Positions 12,335 through 24,600 of a DNA stretch of 64,000 nt are shown in pieces (position 1 is the stretch's first letter; each line of letters begins with the position of its first letter). A program made the translations under genes and the position numbers. This DNA is from Selaginella moellendorffii (lineage: Eukaryota; Plantae; Lycopodiophyta). The DNA lies in assembly GCF_000143415.4 (NCBI RefSeq), contig NW_003314301.1:166097-230096 (forward strand), written 5' to 3'. The notes beneath the pieces are model-generated. The model worked only from the letters and a program-made list of their open reading frames with translations. It was not told the DNA's origin and made no database searches.

Positions 12335-13764
12335 GGGGGGGGCTGTGGAGAATTCCAAATGTATAGTAGGGATAGTGGGTAGGTCGGGCATGGCTGACCA
12401 ACCTGAGGTATAGTTTAGTTCCTGCTTGCATGCTTGTCTTTGTTCCGCATTTGGCTTGGGTCTAAGCCCAAGTTCCATTCCATGTTAGCTAGTGGAGTAC
12501 CCATGTCTTTACGTTAGGCCACAGGTATGCTAAAATAGCGCCAAACTTCGTTTGGCTCCATTTTGCTTGTTGGTTTTGGCAATGGGATGCTGGTTGCTTT
12601 AGGACTGTTCCAAGTCGCTCCGGGCTCTTATCCTTTCACTCCTTGGGTTGTATGCTCAAGAGTTGCTCCATAGTCTGGTTCCATCACTCCTTAGCTCCAT
12701 GCTTGGGAGTTTAGCACCATTCTTTCGTTCAGTGGCCCAAGGCTCTGAAACTTGGGTTCCACACCACTATCGTTTGGACACGTGGCATGTGACATGTGAT
12801 ATTTATCACGTGGCACAAAGAGGGTTTAGGTTCCGCTTTGTGGTGTTATCCTATGGTAAATCACCATATGATAAAGGGTAAAAACCACGTGCGCTACATT
12901 TGGTATCAGAGAATACGTCTCAACGAGTACTATCTAATGAGATTGGGCAACTAGTCTTATTGCATACGCAGAGATGAAAACAATGATCCAAGTGGGTACA
13001 CGTTTGGGTGTAAAGACTTCACAATTGTTTATTGGGTATGGATTTGGTTACCTTGTTGTACCTTATGATGCAAGCTTGCTCTTGGGCTCATAAGATGGAT
13101 TTGAGATGTACCATTGTTGCACGAGTTTATGCTTGGGTTTGTGAGTGAGGCACATTAGCAACTCAAGGTTACACTTTGAGTTAGCAGGATTAATGTTAGC
13201 TTATTGTTGGTTCCATGAGTTGTTCCATGTACCATGGGTGAAAGTAAACCTCCCTGGGTTTGCTATGAGTGGCAAATAGGCTGGTCCGTAGCTGTTTAGC
13301 ATGACACTAGTGGATCCTTCCTAGGCATGATTACAAGTGGATCAATTAAGACTATAAGGATTAGTCTATTGGTTCAAATAGTCATTGCCGTGCTCTCTTA
13401 TAAACTTTTCTTGGATTGGACTGAAGGCAGTGCAAATGCAAGTTTGAGGTTTAGTCAAAGTAGAGACCGATAAAAGAGTCATCAGGGACGAAGGATCAAA
13501 CACGTAAATCATTCTCCCCTCTTGGAGAGATGATTTGCAACGAGGTGTGGCTTATTGCTCATATTCACATCATGCAATCAAGAGTCCTTACCTTGATGTA
13601 TATTGGAAATGATAGTCTTTCAAATGGTGAGTTGTGGGATGGATAGCAGTGAATCTTGTCTAAGCTTGCTATTGGAAGATTTGGGTTACAATGCGCAATT
13701 CTTTTCTAGGGAACCTTTCTATTGCTTCTTGAGTAGCTTGGTCTTGGATTAGTTTTGAGTTTGG
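12335..13764 (+). mobile_element. Family-A fragment A3 (3' half of an LTR to 12898, PBS 12901-12911, first ~860 bp of internal region)
   Basis: Near-identical to 1-1424 except that it lacks the inversion. Intact PBS TGGTATCAGAG. Confidence 0.9.
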
Positions 13765-14376
13765 AGAGGAGAAAACCATGACAAAGCTGCACCTTCGAGC
13801 AATGTCCCAATTGCGAAGCTTGAAGCATGTTTTGGCGAGACGGAACGGGTTCAGACTGCCACCACAAAGATGAGACATCTCTCTCAGGGGTCTTGTCTTG
13901 CCTCAATCTATGCTATGGAGTTCCAACTCCTTACCTTGGACACTCAGTGGGATAAATAGGCCCTGATTGATCGATTTCGTTTTGGCCTCAACAATGGTGT
14001 CAAGGATTTGTTGCTCACCATGGAGGATCCCACAAAACCTGTTAAACGTTATTAACGAAGCTGTTTGATGCAATAATTGTCTCTTTGAATGTCGTCAAGA
14101 AAGTCGCCGCACCGCCATTTTCCCATCCCAGACTCAACAATCCTAGCTTGAGTCTTTGGGGCATACTCCTAAACCTACTGCTCCAGTCCCGATGGATATT
14201 TCTAGTACTCCCCGACTCATCAGGCGGAAGTTGAGTCCTACTGAGAAGCAACATCGAGTATCTCAGAATCTTTGCCTCTACTATGCTGATCCTAATCACA
14301 AAGCAACTATATGTCCCAAGAAGCCTCCCCAACTGCTCAAGTTCACTTTGCGTCAATGTCCACCTCTATTGCAGTC

Positions 14377-14383
14377 GGGAAAC
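14377..14383 (+). other. Putative -1 ribosomal frameshift heptamer G GGA AAC at the gag-pol junction
   Basis: In correct X XXY YYZ phase in the gag ORF (14156-14404). The overlapping protease ORF (14311-14646) is in the -1 frame. Confidence 0.65.
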
Positions 14384-15971
14384 GACCTTGTCCAAACAGA
14401 GTAGGAGCTGTCTGTTTGGACTCCCCGAATAAAAATCATTTTTCTTCTTTATCAAGCTCCTCACCACCTTTCATCAAAGCCACCACCAATTCCCGGAACT
14501 TCCACATCCCATGTCTCCTTTCTTTCACCAGACAATTAGGACTTAAGGCTTTGGCACTACTGGACTCGGACGCAACTTCCTGCTTCATAGACATGGACTT
14601 GCTGCTCGACATCACGTTCCTCTTTCTCCTATCATACGAGATTTGAGGGTTGAAGGCATCGGTGGGCATTTTGTGTCTCCATCTTCTGGACTTAGGGAAA
14701 CGTTGCCCGTTCGAGTATACATCGGGTTCATCATCACTGATATCACCTTCAACATCATCAACAACAAGTCCTCCTCTGTGGTGCTCAGCATTCCTTGGTT
14801 CCAACTGCACCAACCTCATATCTATTGGAAGGAATTACAGCTTGTCTCTCCCACATCACCATCTCCCACGTCTTCCCCTGCTATTCATCGAGTGTGAATC
14901 AGGAAAAGTTCCCTAAACTCAAATTGGGGTTCTATTCCTGACTCTACGAAGTTTTCACCCTCTTTGCTCCCTATCCCTCAATCTTCTTTTCCCTCTTTTC
15001 CATCTTACACTGGATAGTATCCTCGTCCCATCATTCCAATCTCCACAATCATTATGAAAGAACTCCTTTACAAAGAAACCTATTTTCCTTTTTGCTTTGC
15101 ATGTTTCTCCTGTCAGTCTTCCTGAGAAGTATCATGATTTTGGGGATGTGTTTGACAAGAAAAAAGCTAGTGTACTACCTGTTCATCGGCCTTACGACTG
15201 TCCCATTGATTTACAGGAAAGAGTGTCACCTCCGTGGGGGCCTATCTATGGGTTTTCCTTGTCCGAGCTTAAGGCCCTCAAAGAGTACGTGGACGAGAAC
15301 CTTGCATCAGGGTACATTTAGCATTCACAATCCCTGGCTAGAGTCCCTGTCTTCTTTGTCAAGAAGAAGGATGGGAGTTTGCGGCTAGTCATCGACTACT
15401 AAGGTTTGAACAAGGTGATTTTTCGGAACTATTATCCGCTGCCCCTGATCTCGGACCTGTTGGAACGCCTCGGCGGTGCCCGCTTCTTCACCAAGATCGA
15501 CCTCCATGGAGCATACAACCTAATTCAGATCTGGCCTAGCGATGAATGGAAGATTGCATTCCGAACCTGCTATGGCCACTTCGAGTAAACTGTTATGCCG
15601 TTTGGCTTGATAAATGCTCTAGTAGTTTTCCAACACATGGCGAACAACATCTTTCAGGAGTTTCTTGATCAGATGGTGATTGTCTACCTCGACAACATCC
15701 TCATCTACTCGAAAACTCAAGAGGAGCATGACGAGCATGTGTGTAAAGTGCTGGCGAAGGTACGGGAACATGGCCTATACGTGAAACTTGAGAAATGTTC
15801 CTTTGATCAGGAGTTTGTGAAGTTCCTTAGGTACATTGTCACTCCTGAGGGTATCACGATAGATCTTGCCAAAGTCAAGACTGTTCTCGAATGGGAGCCT
15901 CCACAATCAATGTTGGACGTTCAAGTTTTCCTTGGCTTTGCCAACTTCTACCCTAAATTCATTGATCACTA

Positions 15972-15995
15972 AAGCTCTATTTCGTTAAAGTGGGA
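15972..15995 (+). repeat. Left terminal inverted repeat
   Basis: Exact reverse complement of 25694-25717. Confidence 0.97.
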
Positions 15996-16617
15996 TTTAT
16001 TCAGTAAAATGGGACTAGGTACAAATTTTCAAGTATTTGAAAATGACGTGAAATTATATGTTTTTTGTCCAGGGGCTAGACATATCTGGGGCATGGTGAC
16101 TAGCGCGGTGACTTTGTGTCCAGACTGAGTCCATCTGGTTGTATAATAAATCTCATTGTCAAGGTGAACAAGCCGAATCTGAAACTAAAGAAGAGCGATG
16201 GCATGCGCGCACACACTATTTGTTTGTTCATTGAGTGTGTGGTGAGCTTTCCAAGATGAACGTCATTCCTATTACCCAGACATATAGCTTAATGGTGAGA
16301 ACATTTAGATATTATTCAATGTTATCTTTTTCTAATGAATCTAATTGTGAAGGTGTAGGAATGGCCACCACTCTCAAATGGCGTATCGCCTCATGCCATC
16401 ACCTCGCAATTTGTTATAACAATCCGATGAATTCATATTCGGCTTGTTCACCTTGAACTTTAAGTAAGATTTGCTAGAACAACTAAGAATTTATACTTGT
16501 TATTTGTATCATCTCACCTAGGAATGGTGTATGGCCACATGCCATCACGCCTCCTCTGATTCAGATTCGGATTGTTCACCTTGAAATAAAATACATTAGA
16601 AACTTAGTAAAGGAATA

Positions 16618-19440
16618 TTAATGAATCTCACCTTGAACCCGGGTTATGAATGCTCTTGCTGCATCTCTTGCATGGTCTGGCAAGGTGATGGTGGCACTCT
16701 GCTTCCGCATCCAACCATGCACAACATTATCCACCGATATGCTCATGCTTGGATCCCTTGGATTCAGCACCCATCTCTTTTCTAGGCAATCCTTTGTATA
16801 TCTAGAACTTGGCTTGAACCACTCCACAGTTACATTGAAGGAGTTAGTTTCCGCGTCCTCCTCTGCATCAGTGATGCAGCGCCCCACCCATATCATTTGT
16901 TTTTTATTACTGGGTCTGACAAGCACGACCATTCCTTTGCAGACCTGTACTGGATTGAATGCTAAATCCGGCTTCTTGTTCCTCGGCCCACAATAGTGAT
17001 CCTCAACATCATTATCTGTCACTGCATTTCCAGAGGACATTGTTCTGTTACTATCTGGTGCTCTGGGTTCTGGCCAAAAGGACTCTTCCAATTCTTCATA
17101 TACAACTGGCCCATTTTGGATAGCAGATATAATCTTCTCCCAGTATTCGAGCAAAGGCTTGCACCTCTGAAAATAGGATTCTCCATCAAACACCAACCCC
17201 CTCTTCCATAAGGCAATATGCTGTCTAATCCCGGCCACTATACTTTCCTAGTCTTTGAGTCCATCCGGGTGCATCGGCCGTGGGGAACCCTGAGGAATCA
17301 TAGGTTCCCCAATTATGGGATCTCTCTTGAAGAGTTCAATGCCATTCACTGGCAGCCACACTGTGTCCCATTCTCTCATCTTGTACCTCATCACTGGAGC
17401 ACCGTCACGCATGCTGAAATGAAACTGAAGAGGCTTGGAGTGGCCAATCAGCGTTTCGGATCCATCTCTGATGTGGCCTCTTACAAACCCCTTAAAGTCT
17501 GGAACCTCTGTCACAAGTGCAGCTTCAACAGTGCCTTTGATGCAATTTTGGAATTCATCGTAGAGTTGTGGGAGGGTGAGGACATTGGATTGCCGGAGGG
17601 ACTCTGCCAGGTGACTGAACATGGCATCGACGTCTTCATGAGTGTGCCCAACCATGAGAAAGCCAAGTGTAACCGTTTCAAATATGCCTTTGGCAACAAG
17701 CATCGCCAAGTACGTGAAGGCGTACATGTTTTTGTTCTCACTGCCATCATTGTCTGTTTGGAGCAGAAGATGGGGTGGAAGGCCACATCGGCCGCAAGAA
17801 CTTCCTTGAGATTCTGCTTCGTTTGGATGAGGCTGTGCATTCACTGGGCAACCAGCCTCGTCAGAATGGCATGAGGCCTCACGTGATAACCCTACAATCT
17901 GACAGCCAACATATTCACTAGGATGGCATGGGGCCCCACACGATACTGCAAGCCTTTGCTCCTCCTCCAGCTGAACCCTGTATGGGGTTCGATCGATAAG
18001 GGCCTTATGCAAGGGTTGGCCGTTCAGCTCAGTCTGCGCACTTTGCAGAGACCTTAAGTGTTTTGCTAGGGACGCAATCATCATGTTTGCACCCCCGCCA
18101 CCCCATAGAGGTACAAAGAACTTCCCATAGTTCTGGGAAACATGCCCATGAGCGATTATGCCAAACAGAGACACAGGCAGCTGCATGGATGAAGAGATTG
18201 CCTTGGGGGCAGGATTGAGTCGAGGTAAGCACGTCTTTTTCTGGTCCATTTTGTCGTGGATGATGCAGAGGTAAGAGTTAGGTCTCTCCATGGAGAGAAT
18301 CTTGTTATGATAATATGCAGTCTTGCAGCTTCTCTGCTCGATGTTGTGGTCGAGCCGCCTTCTAACCAACTTCTCTCGCTCTTGAGCGATGCAAGAATTC
18401 TTTGACAAAGCCATTTTGATAGCAGTGCACTCGTCACACTTTGAAAAGCTGGAGTACTTTCCTATACTCACATCCCTGAACCTGTTGCTCCACAATCTAC
18501 TAAATCTAGATTGGCTCAGCTTTCTGTAGCCATTACTCTGGAGTTCCCGATTCACATCTTCCAATATGGCCCCCTTGGTATACATGGAAGGGAGAACTCG
18601 TTGGGTGTCTCGAGTTCCATCTTCCAAGAGGCGGGTTTTATGTGGTTGCTACTCGCTACATGTCTCGACAAACCTCTTGAAGATTGCCTCTCCATATACA
18701 ACATGACCCCTGGTTTTGTGAGTACCGTCGTTCCCATGGACTACCTGTTGAACCCTTTGTTCCTCGAACTCAGTTTTGATTCTGTAGAATGTGGTTCGAG
18801 GGACTCCATAAATGATTCTCCATGCCTTCATGCAGACCAAACCCCTCTGGAACACCATGCCCCCCACCTGATGTTCTGAAGCATCAACAGATGACCGTAA
18901 TGCCTCATACACAAAATTGCGAGCTGCCTTCCAGGAAAATGTCTTGTATCTTGCTCTCTCCTCTTCAATAGCATCCCAATCAGCATGTTGACAGCACCTC
19001 CTCTTGCAACAAGCAACTGTCGAGACCATTCGAACCTCCATCGCCATTTTCTGCCTTTTCGGTTCGTTGCTCAGATCCCTTTGGCTGTGCTTTAGGAAGG
19101 TGTACTTTCTTTTCCCATGAAGAGATGTTCTGTCATCAGTTGTAGTGGTGTTTGATTGTGAATCCTTCACATTCTCAAACACTAAATGCCTCAATTTCCA
19201 CCGCACAATGCTTCCAATAGTCAGACTGTTTTCTTCTGTGTCAACCTCTAAAATCGCAACTCCAATATCATCCCAGCCCAATTCTTGATTAGCAACCGCA
19301 TCTCTTGGATCGACAACTGTGGCTAAGCCCTCAGCTACCACCTCCCCCTCGGGGTTGTTTAGAAACACCTTTGCCTGAATCCATGTAGCACGGTTCTTAA
19401 GATCCACAGAGGGAACATGCGTCGCACTTGCGGAGGCCAT
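16618..19440 (-). CDS. Transposase, RNase H-fold DDD type (Sola-like), ~940 codons in one frame with two in-frame TAGs (18649-18651, 17248-17250)
   Basis: The three track ORFs (263, 459 and 206 aa) are co-framed. Motifs: CCKRRC, CDEC zinc ligands, 'IIHDKMDQKK', 'LQTDNDGSENKN', 'FLMVGHTHEDVDAMFS'. A splice acceptor (ctttcag) lies just before the ATG at 19440. Confidence 0.85.
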
Positions 19441-20616
19441 TCTGAAAGTGCAGAAAAGAAGGTAAGACCATACAAAAAATGATTGGAGAATGGCCTAAAT
19501 CATAACATACCAAACAACCTCAATAGCATGAGGCCACATGCCATTATTCAAACATGCCCACATGAAATTTCGCATTCACAAAATTGGCATGAGGCCTCAT
19601 GCCATCTTGATAAACACACAGCTACAGGCAGGTAAAGAAACTATTGGCAATATGCTAGTGATGAACTTGCAAGCCCCAAGATGGCATGAGCCCTCATACC
19701 ATTAGTGGTACCGTAGCGCCACTTGCACCACCACAACTACTCGTAGCGCCGCTCGCACAAACTACCACTCGCGTAAATTGCCGCTCGCAATGGCACTCGC
19801 AATGCCGCAACCACTCGTAGACGCATAAACCACAGCTCACAACGCCGCTTACACAAGTAGCGCTCACTGCGCTCAGCGGAACCAAGAACATGGCGCACAA
19901 AAATGATAGACCTAGGAATGAGTTCGAGAATTCAAAATTAACACACACTTGAATGTCACATCAAATCCTCTGACAAACCAGATCTTATGATTCCTCTGAC
20001 AAATTTCAAACTGAGTAGCTTCTAGACTTTGCTGTCGGACGTTGAATTTTGTCACATCATGTCCTTGCCTCGATCCAGCTGTGCCATGTCAGTGATTCGA
20101 ACTTTGCCATGCCTTGTCAGCGATCCGCGCCAAGATTATTCACCGTGTAAAGGAATAATTATGCTGTGTGTGTACGTCCATTTATGGCAATATAAGGCCA
20201 CATGCCATTCAAAGAATAATGCTAGTCGAGCATTTTTTGGTGCATTTTTGGGTTCAAAATTGCATGAGCCCACACGCTATAAAGTTTACCTGTACCAAAA
20301 ATAGAAACAACTTTATTTACTTGGGAATTTAAGTGGTTGAGGCATTTTTAAACTTACAAACACATGCCCTACTTACATTCTTTTGGTTGCTTAAAATTCA
20401 AAAATATTATAAACCTTTCTTTTTGCATTTTCAATATTTTCAATTATGGTTTTTGATTTTCGCAGGACCAGCCTAGTAATCTATTTGCATCCCGTCATGT
20501 TTATAGCTAGCTTTCGTTTGTCCCCTTTGCTAGCCTGAGATACATCTGCTCGGCATCTGCCTCTTACAGCATTTGCCCAGAAAGGGCATCTTTCTTCACG
20601 CAGCATTTGCCACATG

Positions 20617-20635
20617 TTTAGGGTTTAGGGTTTAG
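20617..20635. promoter_or_regulatory. Telo-box / short plant telomeric repeat (TTTAGGG)2TTTAG
   Basis: Directly visible between the two divergent transposon genes. Confidence 0.5.
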
Positions 20636-21116
20636 CAATTCAGTAGTTTGATAAACATGCAAATACAAAACTTGATGCAAAAATCCTTTGATATGTCACA
20701 ATGCCCCTAGGACCATAAACACATTTCAATAGAGAGGGTCCTTTCATTTCATAACTCCTTACGTAGATCTTGGTGAAACCAGAGTTAGTGAAGTTAGTTT
20801 CTTGTGATCCCGCATCTGATTGTGATGTCCCTTTGCAGTGTCGATGGAAAGGTCAATGCACACCAAACTGTAGAATCTTGGAGCAAAATAACGGTCGGAT
20901 CTATGGCAAATGCCCTTGAAACATTGTAAGGCTCGTGTGGTCTCATGTGGTGTCCGATCGAGATGCTTCTTTGCAGGGTCATCAAGAAGGACATTGTATA
21001 CCATTCTTTATTTAGCTGAACATCTGGCATTTTTGGAAATATAAGATGCTTTAGAATATCCAATCATGCATGGTATAAATATAGCAAGGGTATTAAATGA
21101 TATCCCAATCATGATC

Positions 21117-21253
21117 TTTCTTTTGGATTTCGTGTGCATGCAGTCCGAGGAATGATGACGTTGCAGATTTCTTTTGGATTTCACGTGCATGCATGCACGC
21201 GGCGATCCAGAAATTAATGGTGGCACCCAAGTCCGAGGAATGATGACGTTGCG
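21117..21253. repeat. Short direct repeats upstream of the cargo gene (TTTCTTTTGGATTTC x2; AGTCCGAGGAATGATGACGTTGC x2)
   Basis: Directly visible. Confidence 0.8.
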
Positions 21254-21665
21254 GGATTACCAACCGTCGTGACATTTCGCGCGTGTGAGGTTAGGTTTTG
21301 CATTTTGCTTCGTACTCGCGCTTGCACACTCGCGCTCGCATCGCGCTCCCACTCACGATCACGCTCACATTCGCGCTCATCTACCTTCTCTACAGGTTTC
21401 TCGTGTGCATCGGCGTCCACTCGCGCTCGCATCGCGCTCGTGTGCATCGGCGTCCACTTCAAGACACACCCAGTTTGTAACTTCGCCGCCAACTCCGCCG
21501 CCCACTCCGCCATACACACGCAGCCCACTTGGCGTCCCGGGAGATTTCAGCGCCACTCTCCAACTGTAAGTGGCAGAGTAGCCTTGCTACTACAATCCGC
21601 TGCACACACAGTGCACATTCGCCAGCGACTCCGGCCTCGATTGTCACGCCTCCATTCGGCTTCAA

Positions 21666-24600
21666 ATGGTAAGTCTTTTAGGCCAAGTAGAAAATGGCAT
21701 GAGGCCACATGCCATTCAGTAGCAACATTGGCATGCACCGATTGGGCTCTCGAGTGCAGTCCGGTTACAGATGGCGTGTAGCCTCACGCCATCTTAGGAT
21801 GTAGCCTCAAGACATCTGATGCAGTGGTGAATGGCGTGTGGCCTCACGTTATTTCCAGCTGCTAGCTTTTCATCTGTCAGCTCTAATTGTTGTGCATTTC
21901 TGAACAGGCGAGGAATTGCGTTCTTCTTCCAGCCACTGTCAATGTGGATGCAGAGAAGGGGGAGGAGCTCACCAGTTGGACTTTCGGGATGGAAGGCGAG
22001 GATCTGAGGCTGTACAACACAGATGGTGGGAGAAAAGAATGCATGGGGATCCTCATCCAAGTGACACACACTCCATGCAGTTCCATGCAAGAATATGGAC
22101 TGGCACTTGTGGTAGAGACAGTGTCCGCCTTCAAGATCCACCTTGCACATCCTAGCGGCTTCCCGGAGGGGGGCAGCGGCTATGAAGAATTCCTAGAGGG
22201 AGCTAGGGAGAGGTTGTCCAAGAGGCCCACAATTTCAAAGACGCTGCGGGTCTATGAAGATCACATGGAATCCACGGACCTCACCTACGGCGATGTTCAA
22301 AAACTATATTCCAACATTGAGCCGTTGAGAGTGACTCCAGTTCGCGAAGCGAAGGGGAAGGGGGTCGATCTGGAAACTACCCCGAAGCAGAAAAGGGTGG
22401 TCAAGCTCAAGCAGACGTCCGACTCTCCTACTCCAAAAAAGAAGCTACTCGGTGATGCCATTGCCTCGGGTTCGAACACTACACCCACCAAAAAGAAGAG
22501 CCGCAAAGAGCAGAAAGAGTAAGAAGAGGCAGCAAAAATCGTCGCAGATAATAGTACTTGTTACTATCCCAACAAAGTATATACAATCGACGTGAGCCAC
22601 ATCGACATCCAAAGCAAATACAACCACAGGCTAGTATCTGATGAGTGGGTGGAGAAACTGAAGCAGAAGATGCTGGCAAGTCCAGTAACACCCGACATCG
22701 CAGACGTGATCCCCTACTACCGAACAATGAAGGGCGAGACGAGGTTTCTAGACTTGATCAATAGGAAGGTGTTGGACAATCAGAACATCCGGTTCTATGC
22801 CGTCTCCGGGCAGCATTCTAGCTTGGCGATGCAAAAGATAGTTGTGGATATTATGGTGGGTGAGGAGGTGAAGAAAGTCTTCAAGACAAGAGTTGTCCGC
22901 CTGATAAAAGGCAACTCGCCCCTCCGATCTATCATATACATCTCCCACGCGCAGAATGTCAAGCAAGAAACGTGCTACAAATCGGGTCTGCACGAGACAT
23001 TGGCACGAACACGGAAGCTTTGGGTTCAACTAAAGAAGCCACAAAAACCAGGACAAGGACGTGCACTAGCAACTAGCGCCTGGCAGGTAAGCCTCGTTGC
23101 ATGTGGCATAGCATGTGGCCTCATGCCATTTCCATTGTAGGAATTCTCGAGTCTTCTTTCGAAAACACTGGGGGTCAATGACACACTCAGCATCCATAAC
23201 ATTCTACTCGCGACAAAAGTTGTTTTTGACAAATGGGTAGATGTGCTGAGGAGGTACCATGACGGGGAGTTGCTAAACTCAATGGGTGTGGAGGACGGCC
23301 GGAAGCCCAATGATTTGAAACTCAACGCCTTGCGTTTCTCGCGGTCTCTAGACGACGACGACCTTCTGACAGTGGCTAATGCTCTTCTACGTGGTGAGGT
23401 AGTCTTCAACAAGACCAAAATGACTCCCAGCCATATTGTGACATACGAGGACTTGTGCACGACTCTGAGAGCTCGTGCACTATTGAAGGATTGGATCTTC
23501 GAGCAAGTGGCCGTGGAGAGGGTGAGCATCGACACCACGCAAGAGATGATGGAAGAGCTGGAGTTGTTAAATGAAGACATCGACGAGTACGTGAAGGGGG
23601 CCCCCAAGTTCATCGATCTGCTGCGGGATGCCACGAAAAGTAAAGCTGAGAAGTTGGATCAGTATCCAAATTTCATTAAGAGGGATGTCGACCGCCGGCT
23701 TCAGAAACAGCTCGACCCCGCAGCAGAGGCCTATCGAGAACCTTACCGGGTATACGTGAATTCGAATGAGGATCAAAGGTGGAGGAGCATCGTTTCCCGT
23801 GGAGATGAGCAGGTCAAGAACATCTTTTGTGTGATGGACTTCACAAACAAGGAGATCACTCATGCAGACAAAGTCAGCTCCATCATTGACTTAATGGTGG
23901 GACTTGCGGAGGTGGAATCTTCAGTCCACTATATGATCTACGACTCTGAATCCTATCACAAGTTCTGGAAGGCCTTGAACGAGGTGAAGGCTCAGTTGAA
24001 AGGCAAGGAGATGCGGGAGATCCATGGGATAATGGCTAAGAAGAAGATACTGACAAATGTCCGCATCTTCACACTCGCCCTTGTTATTGGTCCTGCAGCA
24101 GAGTGGGACTGGAGTGACTTCCCAGCTTCGTTCGACAAGGCCGATCGAATTGATCTAAGGGAGGTCAATTTACCCGTGCCTGAGGAACTGAAGATGGCTA
24201 TGGAGCTTTCGAATCCAAAGAAAGCTCCAGGTGCAGCATGGGAAATGCTCAGCTGGGTCTTCAACACAATAGCGGGTGGGTCACCTGCTTTCGACTCCAA
24301 GGGCAAATGCGTTGTTGAGTACAACTGCGGCGGACTATTCTTTCGAGCCGCACTACTCAAGGGTGTCCCGTGTGTTGCGGTGACAAACTCCATTGAAGAG
24401 GTGACTTCAATGGAGCATATAATTACAGTTGCCAAAGAAAAACAGTATCTTCTCTGCGAACTTGGTGAGTACGCACTTTAAGTTTAAATGTTATCTCACA
24501 AGCTCTGTATGCAGGAGCATGGCCACCCCCAGATGCTAAAATGGCGTTAACAGCTACTGTTGAAGATACCCATGTTGGGCCGAGCTCACAACCTGCACAA

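Noticed and set aside
20759-21063. Possible third gene inside the transposon
   Set aside because: Only short overlapping ORFs (81-89 aa) with no recognisable motif or convincing splice structure.
23026-24435. Antisense ORFs (202 and 147 aa) opposite the cargo gene, and similar ones opposite the transposase, PPR, SRPK and COMT
   Set aside because: Shadow frames of codon-biased coding sequence with no motifs.
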